64,000 nucleotides of DNA from an uncultured Gemmatimonadaceae bacterium (GCA_963740355.1 CAVUDW010000002.1:1472001-1536000); one strand, 5' to 3'. Shown: positions 1 through 10,344, counted from the first letter of the stretch. The notes: a model not told the origin generated them from the letters alone. Made by a program: numbers and translations.

Positions 1-1240
1 TGGCTTCCACCTTGTCCATGTCGCTGGCCAGCGGCAGGATGTTGAACAGCGCGTCGAACAACGCGTTGCACACTTCCTGGATCAGGTACGTGGCACCGGA
101 GTAGCCCATGAACGGCGTGCCGGTGTGCCGACGGATGATCGCGCCAGGGAACGAGGCGGGGATGTACATCGCCCGCGCGCCCTGTTCCGCCATGTACATG
201 CGTTCGTTGTAGCTGCCGAACATGATCAGCGGCGGCGTGGTGCGAATCGCGTCACGCACTGCGGCGTTGTCTGGCTTCACGCCCGGCCGACGCGCGAACG
301 CGAAGGTGCAGGGGAGCCCCATCTCGGTCTCGAGAAAGTGCCGCACACCGCGTGAGTACGTCTCGTTCGCCACGATCGCGAAGCTGGCCGTTCCGAAAAA
401 GTCCTGCGTCACACTCCGCCAGAGATCCCACAGCGGCTTGATGGTGGTGTGCTTTTCCTTTTCGATGAACGGCTCCGGATCGAGGCCCAGCAATTCCCCG
501 AGCTTGCGGAGGAACTTGGTCGTCGAGTGAAGGCCGATCGGCGCCTGCAGGTACGGCTTGTCGAGCGACTCGCAGAGCATGCGACCGAACTCGCGGTACA
601 TGCAGATGTTCACGTCGCCATCGACCAGGCGGGGCACGTCGGCGAGGTGGCTGCCGAGTGGGAACACCATGTTGATGTCTGCCCCGATGCCCTCGACGAG
701 GCGGCGGATTTCCGCGAGGTCGGACCAGGTGTTGAAATAGCCGTACATCGGGCCGATGAGGTTCACACGCGGCTTCGCCCCTTCGGCGCGCTCCGTGCGC
801 TTCGGCATCACACCCTTCTTCAGGCCGTACTCGGTCCACAGCCAGTAGAGTGCGCGATCAGCGGCTTGCCACTGATCTTCGTCGATGGTGCGCGGCAGGA
901 AACGCACGATGTTCGTGCCTTCCGGCGTGACACCACCACCGATCATCTCGGCGATGCTGCCGGTGACGACGACCGCCGGCAATTCGGGATCGAGCGTCTT
1001 GTGTGCGCGGCGCATGGCGCCTTCGGTGCCGTGCTGCCCAAGCTCTTCTTCCGACAGGCCGGTGACGACTACCGGCAACTCATGCGGCGGGAGCGCATCG
1101 GTGTAATGCAGCACCGACGTGACCGGAAGATTTTCGCAGCCGACCGGACCGTCGATGACGACCTGCAGTCCCTTGATGGCGGTGAAGGCATACACAGCCC
1201 CCCAGTATCCACCAGCGCGATCATGATCGAGAACCAGCAT
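1..1240 (-). CDS. bchZ: chlorophyllide a reductase subunit Z (runs off the window start; 3' end not in window)
   Basis: ATG at 1240 overlaps the bchY stop. It reads [17 protein letters not shown]..., the typical BchZ N-terminus, and lies directly downstream of bchY. Not in the ORF track because there is no stop in the window. Confidence 0.93.
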   Translation of the reverse strand, partial: MLVLDHDRAGGYWGAVYAFTAIKGLQVVIDGPVGCENLPVTSVLHYTDALPPHELPVVVTGLSEEELGQHGTEGAMRRAHKTLDPELPAVVVTGSIAEMIGGGVTPEGTNIVRFLPRTIDEDQWQAADRALYWLWTEYGLKKGVMPKRTERAEGAKPRVNLIGPMYGYFNTWSDLAEIRRLVEGIGADINMVFPLGSHLADVPRLVDGDVNICMYREFGRMLCESLDKPYLQAPIGLHSTTKFLRKLGELLGLDPEPFIEKEKHTTIKPLWDLWRSVTQDFFGTASFAIVANETYSRGVRHFLETEMGLPCTFAFARRPGVKPDNAAVRDAIRTTPPLIMFGSYNERMYMAEQGARAMYIPASFPGAIIRRHTGTPFMGYSGATYLIQEVCNALFDALFNILPLASDMDKVEA

Positions 1241-2874
1241 CAGACCATCTCCTCCGCCTTGCGCTGCTTGGCCAGCTTCGCGAGATGACGACGATAGTGC
1301 TCGCGGAACTCGGGACGATCGACCGGGACCTCTTCCCACACGCCAGCGTTGTGACCTTCGCCGACGCCATCGAAGAACGCCTTCATCTCGTCGAAGCGAT
1401 GCTGGTTGCCAAGCGCCGCGTTCACGACCGTGGCCAGTGAGCCAGCGCCGGCGGGGCCCATCAACGGGCGCGCCGAGATCAGGTTGGTGAAGTAGAGCGA
1501 TGGAATCGCGAGCTCCTTCGCCTTCTGCACCACCGGTGTCGTGCCGATCGCGAGATCGGGCTTGAACTCATGCATCGCGGCCAGGTCCTGCTCGAGTGAG
1601 GCGCGGAATTGCACGTGCACACCCTTCGCCTCGAGCCATTCGCGATCCGCCGTGCTCCACTGTGTCTTGGGACAGGCACTCCCGACATAGCGTACATCGG
1701 CACCGCTCTCCACCAGCAGGCGCGCCACCAGCAGCTCGGACCCTTCGTAGCCGCTCATGGTGATACGGCCCTTGATCGGCTTCGCCGCCAGCGCGCCCTT
1801 GATCGCGGGCAACACGGCATTCTGTGCCGCGGCAATGCGATCGGCGCCGACACCCGCCGCTTCGCCGATGTTGCGCAGCCAATCGGCGGTGCCATCGTGA
1901 CCGACAGGAGCGGAACCGACGATCGTGCGACCAGCGTATTCGAATTCGCGGAAGGACGCGGTGTAGAACGGATGAATGGCGGCGACGACGGCGCAATCGA
2001 GCGCCGCATAGAGTTCACGCCACTCGCGCGTCGGCACCACGGGTCCCGCCGCCAAACCAAGCGGCGCGAGCATCATGCCGATGCCGACGGGATCAGCCGG
2101 GAACATCTCGCCGACCATCGTCACGGTCGGCTTCTCGCTGCGACCACCGCGCGGTGCAGCCACCGGACCCTGCTCGGCCTCCGTGCGTGCGTACCGCAGC
2201 ATCGCGCCGGAGAGCACATCCTTTGCTTCCGCATGCGTCGGCACGCCGAACCCTGGCACGTCGATACCGATGATGCGAACGCCGTTGATCTCCTTCGGCA
2301 GCAGCTGCAGCGGCACGCCGGAGGCGGTCGGCACACAGAGATTCGTGATCACGATCGCATCGTACAGCGCGGGATCGGCCATCTTGAACACCGCGTCGCG
2401 GATGTCCTCGAACAGCTGACCCGTGACGAGCGTCTCGGAATTGAACGGCACGTAGCCCACCGTGCGTCGCGCGCCGTAGAAATGGCTGGTGAACGTCAGG
2501 CCATAGACGCAGCACGCCGAACCGCTGAGGATCGTGGCGGTGCGGCGCATGCGAAGGCCGACGCGCAGCGAGCCGAAGGCGGGACACATCGACTGCGGCT
2601 GGTCATGCGGACCCTTCGGATAGTCCACCGCATACTGGTCGAGGATCGCACTCTTGCCGCTTGCCATCGCCGCCGCCTTCATCTGCTCGGCGCCGGAATG
2701 GCAGCCAGCGCCGTCCGTGGGCGGGGCAGTGATCACCGGCAGTGCGCTTCGCCCGCTGCCCGCACCGAGATCGAGCCCGGTGGGCAACTGGTTGTCGTTG
2801 GCCATCGGGGCGAGGGCGGCATCGTCGTAGCCCGCCTCGCGTGATGGAGTGTTGATCATCTCATCGGCCGACAT
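1240..2874 (-). CDS. bchY: chlorophyllide a reductase subunit Y
   Basis: Motifs [41 protein letters not shown]; lies between bchX and bchZ. Start taken at ATG 2874 (MSADEM); the track ORF extends to 2943. Confidence 0.93.
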   Translation of the reverse strand: MSADEMINTPSREAGYDDAALAPMANDNQLPTGLDLGAGSGRSALPVITAPPTDGAGCHSGAEQMKAAAMASGKSAILDQYAVDYPKGPHDQPQSMCPAFGSLRVGLRMRRTATILSGSACCVYGLTFTSHFYGARRTVGYVPFNSETLVTGQLFEDIRDAVFKMADPALYDAIVITNLCVPTASGVPLQLLPKEINGVRIIGIDVPGFGVPTHAEAKDVLSGAMLRYARTEAEQGPVAAPRGGRSEKPTVTMVGEMFPADPVGIGMMLAPLGLAAGPVVPTREWRELYAALDCAVVAAIHPFYTASFREFEYAGRTIVGSAPVGHDGTADWLRNIGEAAGVGADRIAAAQNAVLPAIKGALAAKPIKGRITMSGYEGSELLVARLLVESGADVRYVGSACPKTQWSTADREWLEAKGVHVQFRASLEQDLAAMHEFKPDLAIGTTPVVQKAKELAIPSLYFTNLISARPLMGPAGAGSLATVVNAALGNQHRFDEMKAFFDGVGEGHNAGVWEEVPVDRPEFREHYRRHLAKLAKQRKAEEMV

Positions 2875-2885
2875 GTGACCCTGCC

Positions 2886-3905
2886 TCAGACAGTATCGTA
2901 GACGACTTCGAGCGTCGCCTTGTTGGACTCTTCGCGGCCGCACATGTCGAGGAAGCTCGCGGGCTCCAGCACGACGTTGCGACCGACGGTGTCCGCGGAG
3001 AACAGGTTGAGCAGCTCGTCCTGCGAGAGCGGATGCGGGCGCACCGGCGGCGCGTCAGCAACATTCTGCGCCAGCTCGGCAAAGAGGTCGCCCCAGTCGC
3101 CGCCAGGAATGCCGATGATCTCGTAGTTCGCGCTCTTCTTCCGGATGTCGTCGTTCGCCGGAATCTTGGCGAGGATCGGAATGCCGACCTTGTTCGCAAA
3201 GGCCTCGGCTTCACCGGTGCCGTCATCCTTGTTGATCACGACGCCCGCCACGCCCACGTTGCCACCGAGCTTGCGGAAGTATTCCACGGCCGAGCAGACG
3301 TTGTTGGCGACATACAGCGACTGGAGGTCGTTCGACGCCACCACGATCACTTTCTGGCACATGTCGCGGGCGATCGGCAGGCCGAAGCCACCGCACACAA
3401 CGTCGCCGAGGAAGTCGAGCAGGACGAAGTCGAAGCCCCATTCATGGAAGCCAAGCTTTTCCAGCGTCTCGAAGCCGTGGATGATGCCGCGACCGCCGCA
3501 GCCGCGTCCGACTTCCGGACCGCCGAGCTCCATCGCGAAGACCCCGTCGCGCTTGAAGCAGACGTCGCCGATGGCCACCGCTTCGCCAGCGAGCTTCTTC
3601 TTCGAGGACGTCTCGATGATGGTGGGGCAGGCCTTGCCGCCGAAGAGCAGCGATGTCGTATCGCTCTTCGGGTCGCAGCCGATGAGCAGCGTCTTCTTCC
3701 CTTGCTGCGCCATCATGTAGGAGAGGTTGGCGAGCGTGAAACTCTTGCCGATGCCGCCCTTGCCATAGATCGCGATGATCTGCGTTTCCTTGGTGATGGG
3801 GCGCTCCTCAACCGGCTCTGCGTCGGGGGCGTTGGCTTCATCGCGGAGTGCCTGGTGCATCGTCGCGAGCGCATCGTCCTGCGCAGGGGCCTGCTGTGTC
3901 GTCAT
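2886..3905 (-). CDS. bchX: chlorophyllide a reductase iron protein subunit X
   Basis: NifH/BchL-like motifs YGKGGIGKS, GCDPKSD, GRGCGGRG, DVVCGGF in bchC-X-Y-Z order. ATG 3905 overlaps the bchC stop. Confidence 0.95.
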   Translation of the reverse strand: MTTQQAPAQDDALATMHQALRDEANAPDAEPVEERPITKETQIIAIYGKGGIGKSFTLANLSYMMAQQGKKTLLIGCDPKSDTTSLLFGGKACPTIIETSSKKKLAGEAVAIGDVCFKRDGVFAMELGGPEVGRGCGGRGIIHGFETLEKLGFHEWGFDFVLLDFLGDVVCGGFGLPIARDMCQKVIVVASNDLQSLYVANNVCSAVEYFRKLGGNVGVAGVVINKDDGTGEAEAFANKVGIPILAKIPANDDIRKKSANYEIIGIPGGDWGDLFAELAQNVADAPPVRPHPLSQDELLNLFSADTVGRNVVLEPASFLDMCGREESNKATLEVVYDTV

Positions 3906-4846
3906 GCTGGGTGACTCCAGTTGAGGATCATCTTGACACACGTCGGATCACCAAACGCGGTGGCATACGCCGCGGCGGCATCGGTCGCGGGTACGCGATG
4001 GGTGATGATGTCGTCCAGCGACAGTCGTCCGTCGATGACCATCGCCGTGACATCGGCGAGGTCGGTCGGCGAGAATTCTGCCGCGATCTTGAGCTGCATC
4101 GCACGCATGAAGGCGAGCGGGAAGCCGAACTTCACGGGCTCGTGATAAAAGCCGCCGAGCACGATCTCGCCATTGCGCGCGAGGCGCGGGATGAGCGAGT
4201 CGAGAATGTCGTTGGCGCCGCTCAATTCGAGGATCGAGCGGTAGTCGCGCCGCGGATCATGATCCGGGTGCACGACGTCGTAGCCGGCTGCACCACTGAT
4301 GCGCGCCGGATTGATCTCCCACACGGTCGGGGCGGCACCGCCGAGCGCGAGCACCAGGCGCGCGGCGAGCCGCGCCAGTGATCCATGCCCGACGATGAGT
4401 TCGGGCAGCGCGCCGTTGCTGTGTGTGCGAAGCGCATGGAGTGCCGTTGCCGCCAGCGACAGCAGCACACCGCGATCGCCAAGCCCACGCGGAATGACAT
4501 GGGTCTTGTCGCCGGCGACGACCAGCTTTTCAGCGGCACCACCAAACAGTCCGCGCGTGGCACCGAAGCATCGCGCACCGGCGACGAAGACTTCGTCGCC
4601 GACGGTGCGCTGTGACAGCGGACCGGCCTGTGCGATGACGCCGACACTTTCGTAACCAGGAACCAGCGGATAGCCGAGGCCCGGGAAAGGCGGCATGGTG
4701 CCGGTGTAGAGCAAGCGCTCGGTGCCGGTGCTGATACCTGTGTGTCGCACGTGGATCAGGACGTCGGCGTCTCCCGGTTCATCGAGCGGCAACGCGCGCA
4801 ACGCGAGCGTTCTCGGTTCGTCGAACACGACAGCAAGAGAGTTCAC
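3902..4846 (-). CDS. bchC: 2-desacetyl-2-hydroxyethyl bacteriochlorophyllide a dehydrogenase
   Basis: GISTGTERLL..G.MPPFPG.GYPLVPGYE and GGFY...F..AFMR motifs; first gene of bchCXYZ. Confidence 0.93.
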   Translation of the reverse strand: MNSLAVVFDEPRTLALRALPLDEPGDADVLIHVRHTGISTGTERLLYTGTMPPFPGLGYPLVPGYESVGVIAQAGPLSQRTVGDEVFVAGARCFGATRGLFGGAAEKLVVAGDKTHVIPRGLGDRGVLLSLAATALHALRTHSNGALPELIVGHGSLARLAARLVLALGGAAPTVWEINPARISGAAGYDVVHPDHDPRRDYRSILELSGANDILDSLIPRLARNGEIVLGGFYHEPVKFGFPLAFMRAMQLKIAAEFSPTDLADVTAMVIDGRLSLDDIITHRVPATDAAAAYATAFGDPTCVKMILNWSHPA

Positions 4847-4887
4847 CGTGCAGCTCCATCCAGCGGGGTGGGACCAAGGGGTACAAG

Positions 4888-4931
4888 TGTCAACCTACCC
4901 GTACAACAGGAACCGTCAATAAAGGTTGACG
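4888..4931. promoter_or_regulatory. paired PpsR/CrtJ-type boxes in the bchC promoter
   Basis: TGT-caacctacccgt-ACA at 4888-4905 is an exact TGT-N12-ACA. After an 8-bp gap comes the variant palindrome CGTCAA-taaagg-TTGACG at 4914-4931. Both contain TTGAC(A/G) -35-like hexamers on the - strand. Confidence 0.75.
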
Positions 4932-5036
4932 GTTTTTTCCTGACACGACTCGGGGCTGCATTTCTGCCTCTTTCGGCGCCCAATTCTGCACGGCGATCCC
5001 GTCGCAAACGGAACCACCGGGTCGAACTTTTGACGG

Positions 5037-6242
5037 TTACGCCTGTGCCGCAATGATGCCGGTGTGGACGGGATAACGCGTCGGGACGATGCGGGTCCGC
5101 GAGAAGCCGGCGGCGCGCAGCAACGCCTGGTGCTGCGCAATCGTGCGTGCGCGGCCACGACCCATCGCAAAGAGGTAGAGCCCGAAGTAGGCGTCGCCCA
5201 CTCGTTCGGCACCGCGGATGCCCGAGAACGGCTCGACCACCAATAGGGTCCCCCCCGGTTCGAGCGCCTCGCGGGCGCTCCGCAGGACGGTCAGGGCGAC
5301 TTCATCCCCGTGGTCGAGGAGCACCCGAACCAGTGTGATCAGGTCGGCCCCGGCGGGGAGCTTGTCCGTCTGGAAGTTGCCGGCGTGCACCGCGGTGCGG
5401 TTCGCGAGGCCATCGGCTTCCAGCTTGGCGCGGGCATGGACGGCGACGGCGGGCAGGTCGAAGAGCATCAGGTCGAGCGAGGGGGCGTGCTCTCCCATCA
5501 GCGTGAGGAAGGCGCCGATACCGCCGCCGACGTCCAGCAGCCGCCGGTGGTTCTTCACCGGATAGGCGTCAACGACCTCTTCCGCGAGCGGGGGGACCGT
5601 CGATGCCATGAGATCGCTGTACCGTGCGGCGGCCTCGGGATCGACGTCTTCGGGGCGTCCGGCCTCGCCATAGGGGAAGTAGGCGGCGATGGCGGTCTGG
5701 CTGCGGCGCGGATCGCGGAGCATGGCCACTGGGTCGAGCAGGTCCCGGTAGAGCAGCTGGTTGTGCTCGATCAGCTTCTCGAGGCCGGTGTTCGGTGCGA
5801 TGGAGGCTCCGTTCACCGTCAGACGCCACCGCCCGTCCTGGGTGGCCTCCAGCAGGTCGAGCGAGGCGGCCGCATGCACCAGTCGCTCCGTGCCCTCGAG
5901 GGGGAGCCCGACGGCGATCGCGATCTCCGCCATGCTGAGCGGGCCGTGCCGGAGCTTGCCGAACAGGTTGAGCTGAACCCCCGCGTACAGCACCTGCGAA
6001 TAGACGAAGCCGCTACAGAGGTCGAACAGCTCCCGGGCGTGTCGTCGAGCGATGAAGCGGGTGAGGAAGAACGAGCCAGCCCAGCGCTGGAAGCCCGGGG
6101 AGGCCGCCATCCGGTTCCGCCAGTCGGCGATGCGGTCGGTGAGTGAGAGGCGAGGGGCGCCGCTTTCGCTACGCTCTCGCACACCGGTTACCAGGGGCGG
6201 GGCGGCTGCGGCTACGGCCGACGGCTTCTGACGTTCAGACAT
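5037..6242 (-). CDS. crtF: carotenoid (hydroxyneurosporene-type) O-methyltransferase
   Basis: FQRWA..F..TR.IARR.A.ELFDLCSGFVYSQVL N-terminus, SAM motif LDVGGGIG, GDAYFGLYLFAMGRGR; lies upstream of bchC as in crtF-bchCXYZ. Start ATG 6242. Confidence 0.85.
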   Translation of the reverse strand: MSERQKPSAVAAAAPPLVTGVRERSESGAPRLSLTDRIADWRNRMAASPGFQRWAGSFFLTRFIARRHARELFDLCSGFVYSQVLYAGVQLNLFGKLRHGPLSMAEIAIAVGLPLEGTERLVHAAASLDLLEATQDGRWRLTVNGASIAPNTGLEKLIEHNQLLYRDLLDPVAMLRDPRRSQTAIAAYFPYGEAGRPEDVDPEAAARYSDLMASTVPPLAEEVVDAYPVKNHRRLLDVGGGIGAFLTLMGEHAPSLDLMLFDLPAVAVHARAKLEADGLANRTAVHAGNFQTDKLPAGADLITLVRVLLDHGDEVALTVLRSAREALEPGGTLLVVEPFSGIRGAERVGDAYFGLYLFAMGRGRARTIAQHQALLRAAGFSRTRIVPTRYPVHTGIIAAQA

Positions 6243-6318
6243 GAAAAGACGCTGGGTCCTGACGAAAAGAGGGGCACCGGGCGGCCACGCGGGAAATCCG
6301 GCGGCTGCGATGCTGCTC

Positions 6319-6361
6319 TGTGATGCAAGCCAAACACCTACTCTGTCAAGCTTGCTGGACA
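6319..6361. promoter_or_regulatory. paired PpsR/CrtJ boxes in the divergent crtF/bchI promoter region
   Basis: Two exact TGT-N12-ACA motifs 7 bp apart: TGTgatgcaagccaaACA (6319-6336) and TGTcaagcttgctggACA (6344-6361). Confidence 0.8.
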
Positions 6362-6420
6362 GTGTCGCTGGGGGCAGCTTCTCCTGAGAAGGCAGGACTT
6401 CACCGTTTTCAGAGGACCGC

Positions 6421-7458
6421 GTGCGCGCAGCTTTTCCGTTCAGTGCAATCGTAGGGCAGGAGCAGATGAAGCTGGCGCTCCTCATCGCGACGGTGGATCC
6501 GTCGGTAGGTGGCGTGCTCGTCCTTGGCGACCGCGGCACCGGCAAATCGACCGTGGTGCGCGCACTCCCCGCGCTGCTACCCAGCATGAAGGCCGTTGAA
6601 GGGTGTCGCTACGGCTGCGACCCGACGGCGAACGGCGCACGATGTGACGAGTGTCGCGAACGCGCGCTGCATGTGGCGCGCGGGAAGCTTCCGGTCACCG
6701 ACAAGCGGGTCCCGGTCGTGGACCTGCCACTTGGCGCCACCGAGGATCGTGTGGTCGGGGCCCTCGACATCGAGAAGGCGCTGCGCAACGGTGAGAAGGC
6801 CTTCGAGCCCGGGCTCCTCGCGCGCGCGCATCGCGGCTTCCTCTACGTCGACGAAGTGAACCTGCTCGAGGATCATCTGGTCGACCTGCTGCTCGACGTC
6901 GCCCAGACGGGCGAGAATGTGGTCGAGCGCGACGGTGTGAGTGTGCGGCACCCCGCACGCTTCGTCCTCGTGGGCAGTGGGAATCCGGAAGAAGGTGATC
7001 TTCGTCCGCAGCTGCTCGACCGGTTCGGCCTCAGTGTCGAGGTGCGCACCAGTGATGATGTCGCGAGTCGCGTCGAGGTGATTCGCCGTCGCGACGCCTA
7101 CGAGCGCGATTCGGCGGCGTTCCTCGAGACGTGGGAACCCGCCGATGCCGCGGTGCGCACGAAGATCCTCGCGGCGCGCAAGCGATTGCCGACGGTGCAG
7201 GTGCCTGACGCGGTGCTGCACAAGGCGGTGCAACTCTGCGTCGAGTTGGGCACCGATGGTGTGCGCGGCGAGCTCACGCTGCTGCGTGCCGCGCGAGCGG
7301 CTGCGGCACTCGACGGCGCGAAGACGGTGACCGATGCACACGTCAAGACCGTGGCGCCGATGGCGTTGCGGCATCGCTTGCGCCGGAACGTGCTCGATGA
7401 AGGAGGGAGCGGCACACGCGTCGCTCGCGCCATTTCGACCATCTACGGCGCCGACTGA
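6421..7458 (+). CDS. bchI: magnesium chelatase ATPase subunit I
   Basis: FPFSAIVGQE.MKLAL, Walker A GDRGTGKST, LYVDEVNLL, LRPQLLDRFG. Confidence 0.95.
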   Translation: MRAAFPFSAIVGQEQMKLALLIATVDPSVGGVLVLGDRGTGKSTVVRALPALLPSMKAVEGCRYGCDPTANGARCDECRERALHVARGKLPVTDKRVPVVDLPLGATEDRVVGALDIEKALRNGEKAFEPGLLARAHRGFLYVDEVNLLEDHLVDLLLDVAQTGENVVERDGVSVRHPARFVLVGSGNPEEGDLRPQLLDRFGLSVEVRTSDDVASRVEVIRRRDAYERDSAAFLETWEPADAAVRTKILAARKRLPTVQVPDAVLHKAVQLCVELGTDGVRGELTLLRAARAAAALDGAKTVTDAHVKTVAPMALRHRLRRNVLDEGGSGTRVARAISTIYGAD

Positions 7459-9242
7459 TGGCGACGGCGGTACCGGTGTCGACGCCGGCTGAAGACGTGA
7501 GTGCGGCGCGTGCGCGATCGGCCGCCGCGCTCTGCGTACTGGCCGTGGCCGCGCACCGCATTGGTGGCATCGTGCTGCGCGATTCGTCGGCCGGTGCGCA
7601 GCAGTGGATCGCCGCGCTGCGCCAGCGATTGCCTGCGAGTGTGCGGGTGGTGCGTCTACCGTCGTCGGCCACCGACGATCGTATCTTCGGTGGGCTCGAC
7701 CTGGCTGCGACGATCGCCACTGGATCACCGGTGGCCGAACGCGGTGTGGTGGCCGATGCCGACGGTGGCATGGTGATCATTCCGCTGATCGAGCGCATGC
7801 CGGTCGCAACGCAGGCGCGAATCGGTGCGGTGCTGGACACAGGTGTCGTTCAGGTGCTGCGCGACGGTGTGCGCGCCGAGTTCGATGCCGAGTTTGCGCT
7901 GATCGCGATTGACGAAAGTGAAGAGGATGTGTGGGGGGTGGCGGCGCCGTTGCGCGATCGCCTTGCGCTGGTGCTGGATGGTGATGTGCGCGTTGACGAG
8001 TCGATGCTGCCCGATGCCGCGGTGGTGGCAACCGCGCGTGCATTGGTTGCGCATGTGCAGGCGAGCGACGATGTGATGATCGGGATCGGCACGCTCTGCG
8101 TCGCGTTCGGCATTTCATCCGAGCGTGCGGCTCGGCAGGCGTTGTGGACGGCACGCGCGCTGGCCGCGTTGGATGGTCGGACAGAGATCGAGGAAGCGGA
8201 TGTCGCACTGTCGGCGCAGCTGGTGCTGGCACCGCGTGCGACGCGTGTTCCGACGCCTCCGCCCGATGAAAGTGAAGACGAGCAGGAAGCGCCGCCTGAG
8301 CCGACACCGCCCGAGGCGACATCGTCCGAAACGCCGCCCGATCAATCCGATGATCGTCCGATGGATGATCGTCTCGTTGAGGCGGTGACCGCGGCCATTC
8401 CGCCCGAGTTGCTCGCCGAGCTGCTGGCACGGGCGCAGAGGCCGAGTCAGGAGCAGGGCAAGGCTGGGGCCGAGAAGGAGAGTTGGACGCGTGGTCGGCA
8501 GGTGGCTGCGCGCCGCGGCAAGCCTGATGGTGTGCGTCGATTGCATGTGCTGGAGACGCTGCGTGCTGCGGCGCCGTGGCAGCGTGCCCGGGCGCGTGCC
8601 AGTGCGGCGCGCGACATCCCGGTGCGCTCACTGATCGTCGAGCGCGATGACTTCCGGATTCGCCGCTATGTGGAGCGAGCGGGAACGTCGGTGATCTTCG
8701 TGGTCGATGCGTCGGGATCGGCGGCCGCGCAGCGACTGGGCGAAGCGAAGGGCGCGGTCGAGGCGCTGTTGGCGGAGAGTTATGCGCGTCGCGACCGGGT
8801 GTCGCTGATTGCATTTCGCGGGACGACGGCCGAGGTGCTGCTGCCGCCGACTCGTGCACTGGCGCGCGCGCGCAAGCTGCTCGCATCGCTGCCAGGGGGT
8901 GGTGGCACACCGCTCGCCACGGCCATCGATGTGGCGATCACGTCGGGTATTGCGGCGCGTCGTGCGGGGACGCTGCCGGTGATCGTGTTCCTGACCGATG
9001 GTCGCGCCAACGTGGCGCGGGATGGCAAGGGCGGTCGTGTCGAGTCGATGCGTGATGCACTCGATGCGTCGGCGCAGTTTCGTCTGGCCAACCTGGCGGC
9101 GGTGCTGATCGATACCTCGCCGCGACCGGAACCGATGGCGCGCAAGATCGCGGACGCATTGGGTGCACGGTATGTACCGCTGCCGGTGGTCGATGCCCGC
9201 GCGATCGCTGGGGCTGTGGCCTTGGCGAAGGAAGTCGGATGA
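7458..9242 (+). CDS. bchD: magnesium chelatase subunit D
   Basis: Degenerate AAA N-terminal part, Pro/acidic linker (PPPDESEDEQEAPPEP), C-terminal vWA domain (FVVDASGS, GGGTPLA, LTDGRAN). Its start overlaps the bchI stop. Confidence 0.92.
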   Translation: MATAVPVSTPAEDVSAARARSAAALCVLAVAAHRIGGIVLRDSSAGAQQWIAALRQRLPASVRVVRLPSSATDDRIFGGLDLAATIATGSPVAERGVVADADGGMVIIPLIERMPVATQARIGAVLDTGVVQVLRDGVRAEFDAEFALIAIDESEEDVWGVAAPLRDRLALVLDGDVRVDESMLPDAAVVATARALVAHVQASDDVMIGIGTLCVAFGISSERAARQALWTARALAALDGRTEIEEADVALSAQLVLAPRATRVPTPPPDESEDEQEAPPEPTPPEATSSETPPDQSDDRPMDDRLVEAVTAAIPPELLAELLARAQRPSQEQGKAGAEKESWTRGRQVAARRGKPDGVRRLHVLETLRAAAPWQRARARASAARDIPVRSLIVERDDFRIRRYVERAGTSVIFVVDASGSAAAQRLGEAKGAVEALLAESYARRDRVSLIAFRGTTAEVLLPPTRALARARKLLASLPGGGGTPLATAIDVAITSGIAARRAGTLPVIVFLTDGRANVARDGKGGRVESMRDALDASAQFRLANLAAVLIDTSPRPEPMARKIADALGARYVPLPVVDARAIAGAVALAKEVG

Positions 9243-10096
9243 GCGCGCCGCGCGATGTCGCCGTGACATCAGCGGCTGCGGAGCACGCGTCTGCACCAAC
9301 ACGCGTGCGTGGTCCGTGGGCCAGCTGGTGGCACGATCACTGGAGTGCCGTCGGCAAGGGCACGCTGGCCGTGGTGGGATTCTGGTGGTTGGTGACGGGT
9401 GTGATCGTCGCGCTGCAGCGGAATGAATGGACGAAGCTGGCCGCCTGGATCATTTCGACGGCGGTTGCGATCTGGGCGACGTACGTGATTCACGAGCAGC
9501 GCGAGTTGCGCACGGCACCGGCGGCGCGGCGCACCTTCCTCGCGTCGACGGCGATCTGGATGTGGATCAACGTCGGCCTCTATGGTGGCTGGATCGTTGG
9601 GCCGGGCCACATTGCGAGTGTCGCCGGCGAGGCGACGCTCTTGCGCGCGACCGAGGCGATCGTGTCACTGCTCTGGCACGAGTTGTTGTGTGTGCTGGTG
9701 CTGTTCGTGAGTTGGCTGCACGTGCGGAAATCACCCAACCGGCTCGCATTCGTTGCCTTGGCGACGTATTGGGCGGTGTTGCAGGTGGCGAAGCTGAACA
9801 TCTTTTTTGGCGTCGCGAATCCCGGGGCGCGCTTCCTGCCGCCCCATCTGCAGTTCCTGCTCTCGTATTACGGGCCGCCGGAAAACACCGGGTGGTTGCC
9901 GGTTTCCTTTTTTAGTGCGGTCGGCGTCGCGCTGATTTTCTGGTGGCGCGGCTGGCAGGCGAAGGATGCGTTTCTCCGGCAGAGTCGCGCATTGCTGGCG
10001 ATGCTGATCGCCCTTGCGGCGCTGGAGTACCTGCTGCTGGCCGTGCACAGCGATGCGCCGTTGTGGGAAGTGTTCCTGAAGGCGCGCGGGTTTTAG
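9239..10096 (+). CDS. puhE: putative photosynthetic complex assembly membrane protein (PuhE/DUF3623-like)
   Basis: Multi-TM protein with FWWLVTGVIV and AKLNIFFGV.N....FLP.HL..L.SY, motifs I recognise from PuhE-like proteins. Overlaps the bchD stop. Confidence 0.7.
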   Translation: MSAPRDVAVTSAAAEHASAPTRVRGPWASWWHDHWSAVGKGTLAVVGFWWLVTGVIVALQRNEWTKLAAWIISTAVAIWATYVIHEQRELRTAPAARRTFLASTAIWMWINVGLYGGWIVGPGHIASVAGEATLLRATEAIVSLLWHELLCVLVLFVSWLHVRKSPNRLAFVALATYWAVLQVAKLNIFFGVANPGARFLPPHLQFLLSYYGPPENTGWLPVSFFSAVGVALIFWWRGWQAKDAFLRQSRALLAMLIALAALEYLLLAVHSDAPLWEVFLKARGF

Positions 10097-10121
10097 TCGC
10101 GCCGGGGACTGCCGGGGCGCT

Positions 10122-10338
10122 GTACAGCGCAAACGGCGCTCAAGTAGCGCAGGAGCATGGGGTTAGCCTCCGATCAAGGGGTCGGAGATCTTGATCGGGG
10201 ATGTTTGACGCCAAATCGATCAAGGGGTCAGAGATGTTGATCGGGGAAATTTGACGTCAAACCGTTGCGGTGGATGGTGTTAGCCTCCGATCAAGGGGTC
10301 AGAGATCTTGATCCGATGATGGGGCAGAAATCCTGCTC
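10122..10338 (+). repeat. repeat array A of the 25-bp hairpin family (3 clear copies, 1 degenerate)
   Basis: Cores GATCAAGGGGTC(A/G)GAGAT(C/G)TTGATC at 10172, 10218 and 10289; degenerate copy at 10315-10338; leading GTAC at 10122. Confidence 0.92.
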
Positions 10339-10344
10339 CCAAGC

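Noticed and set aside
2886..3905. Nitrogenase iron protein nifH or bchL
   Set aside because: The bchC-X-Y-Z context and BchX-type sequence (GFGLPIARDMCQKV) identify it as chlorophyllide reductase.
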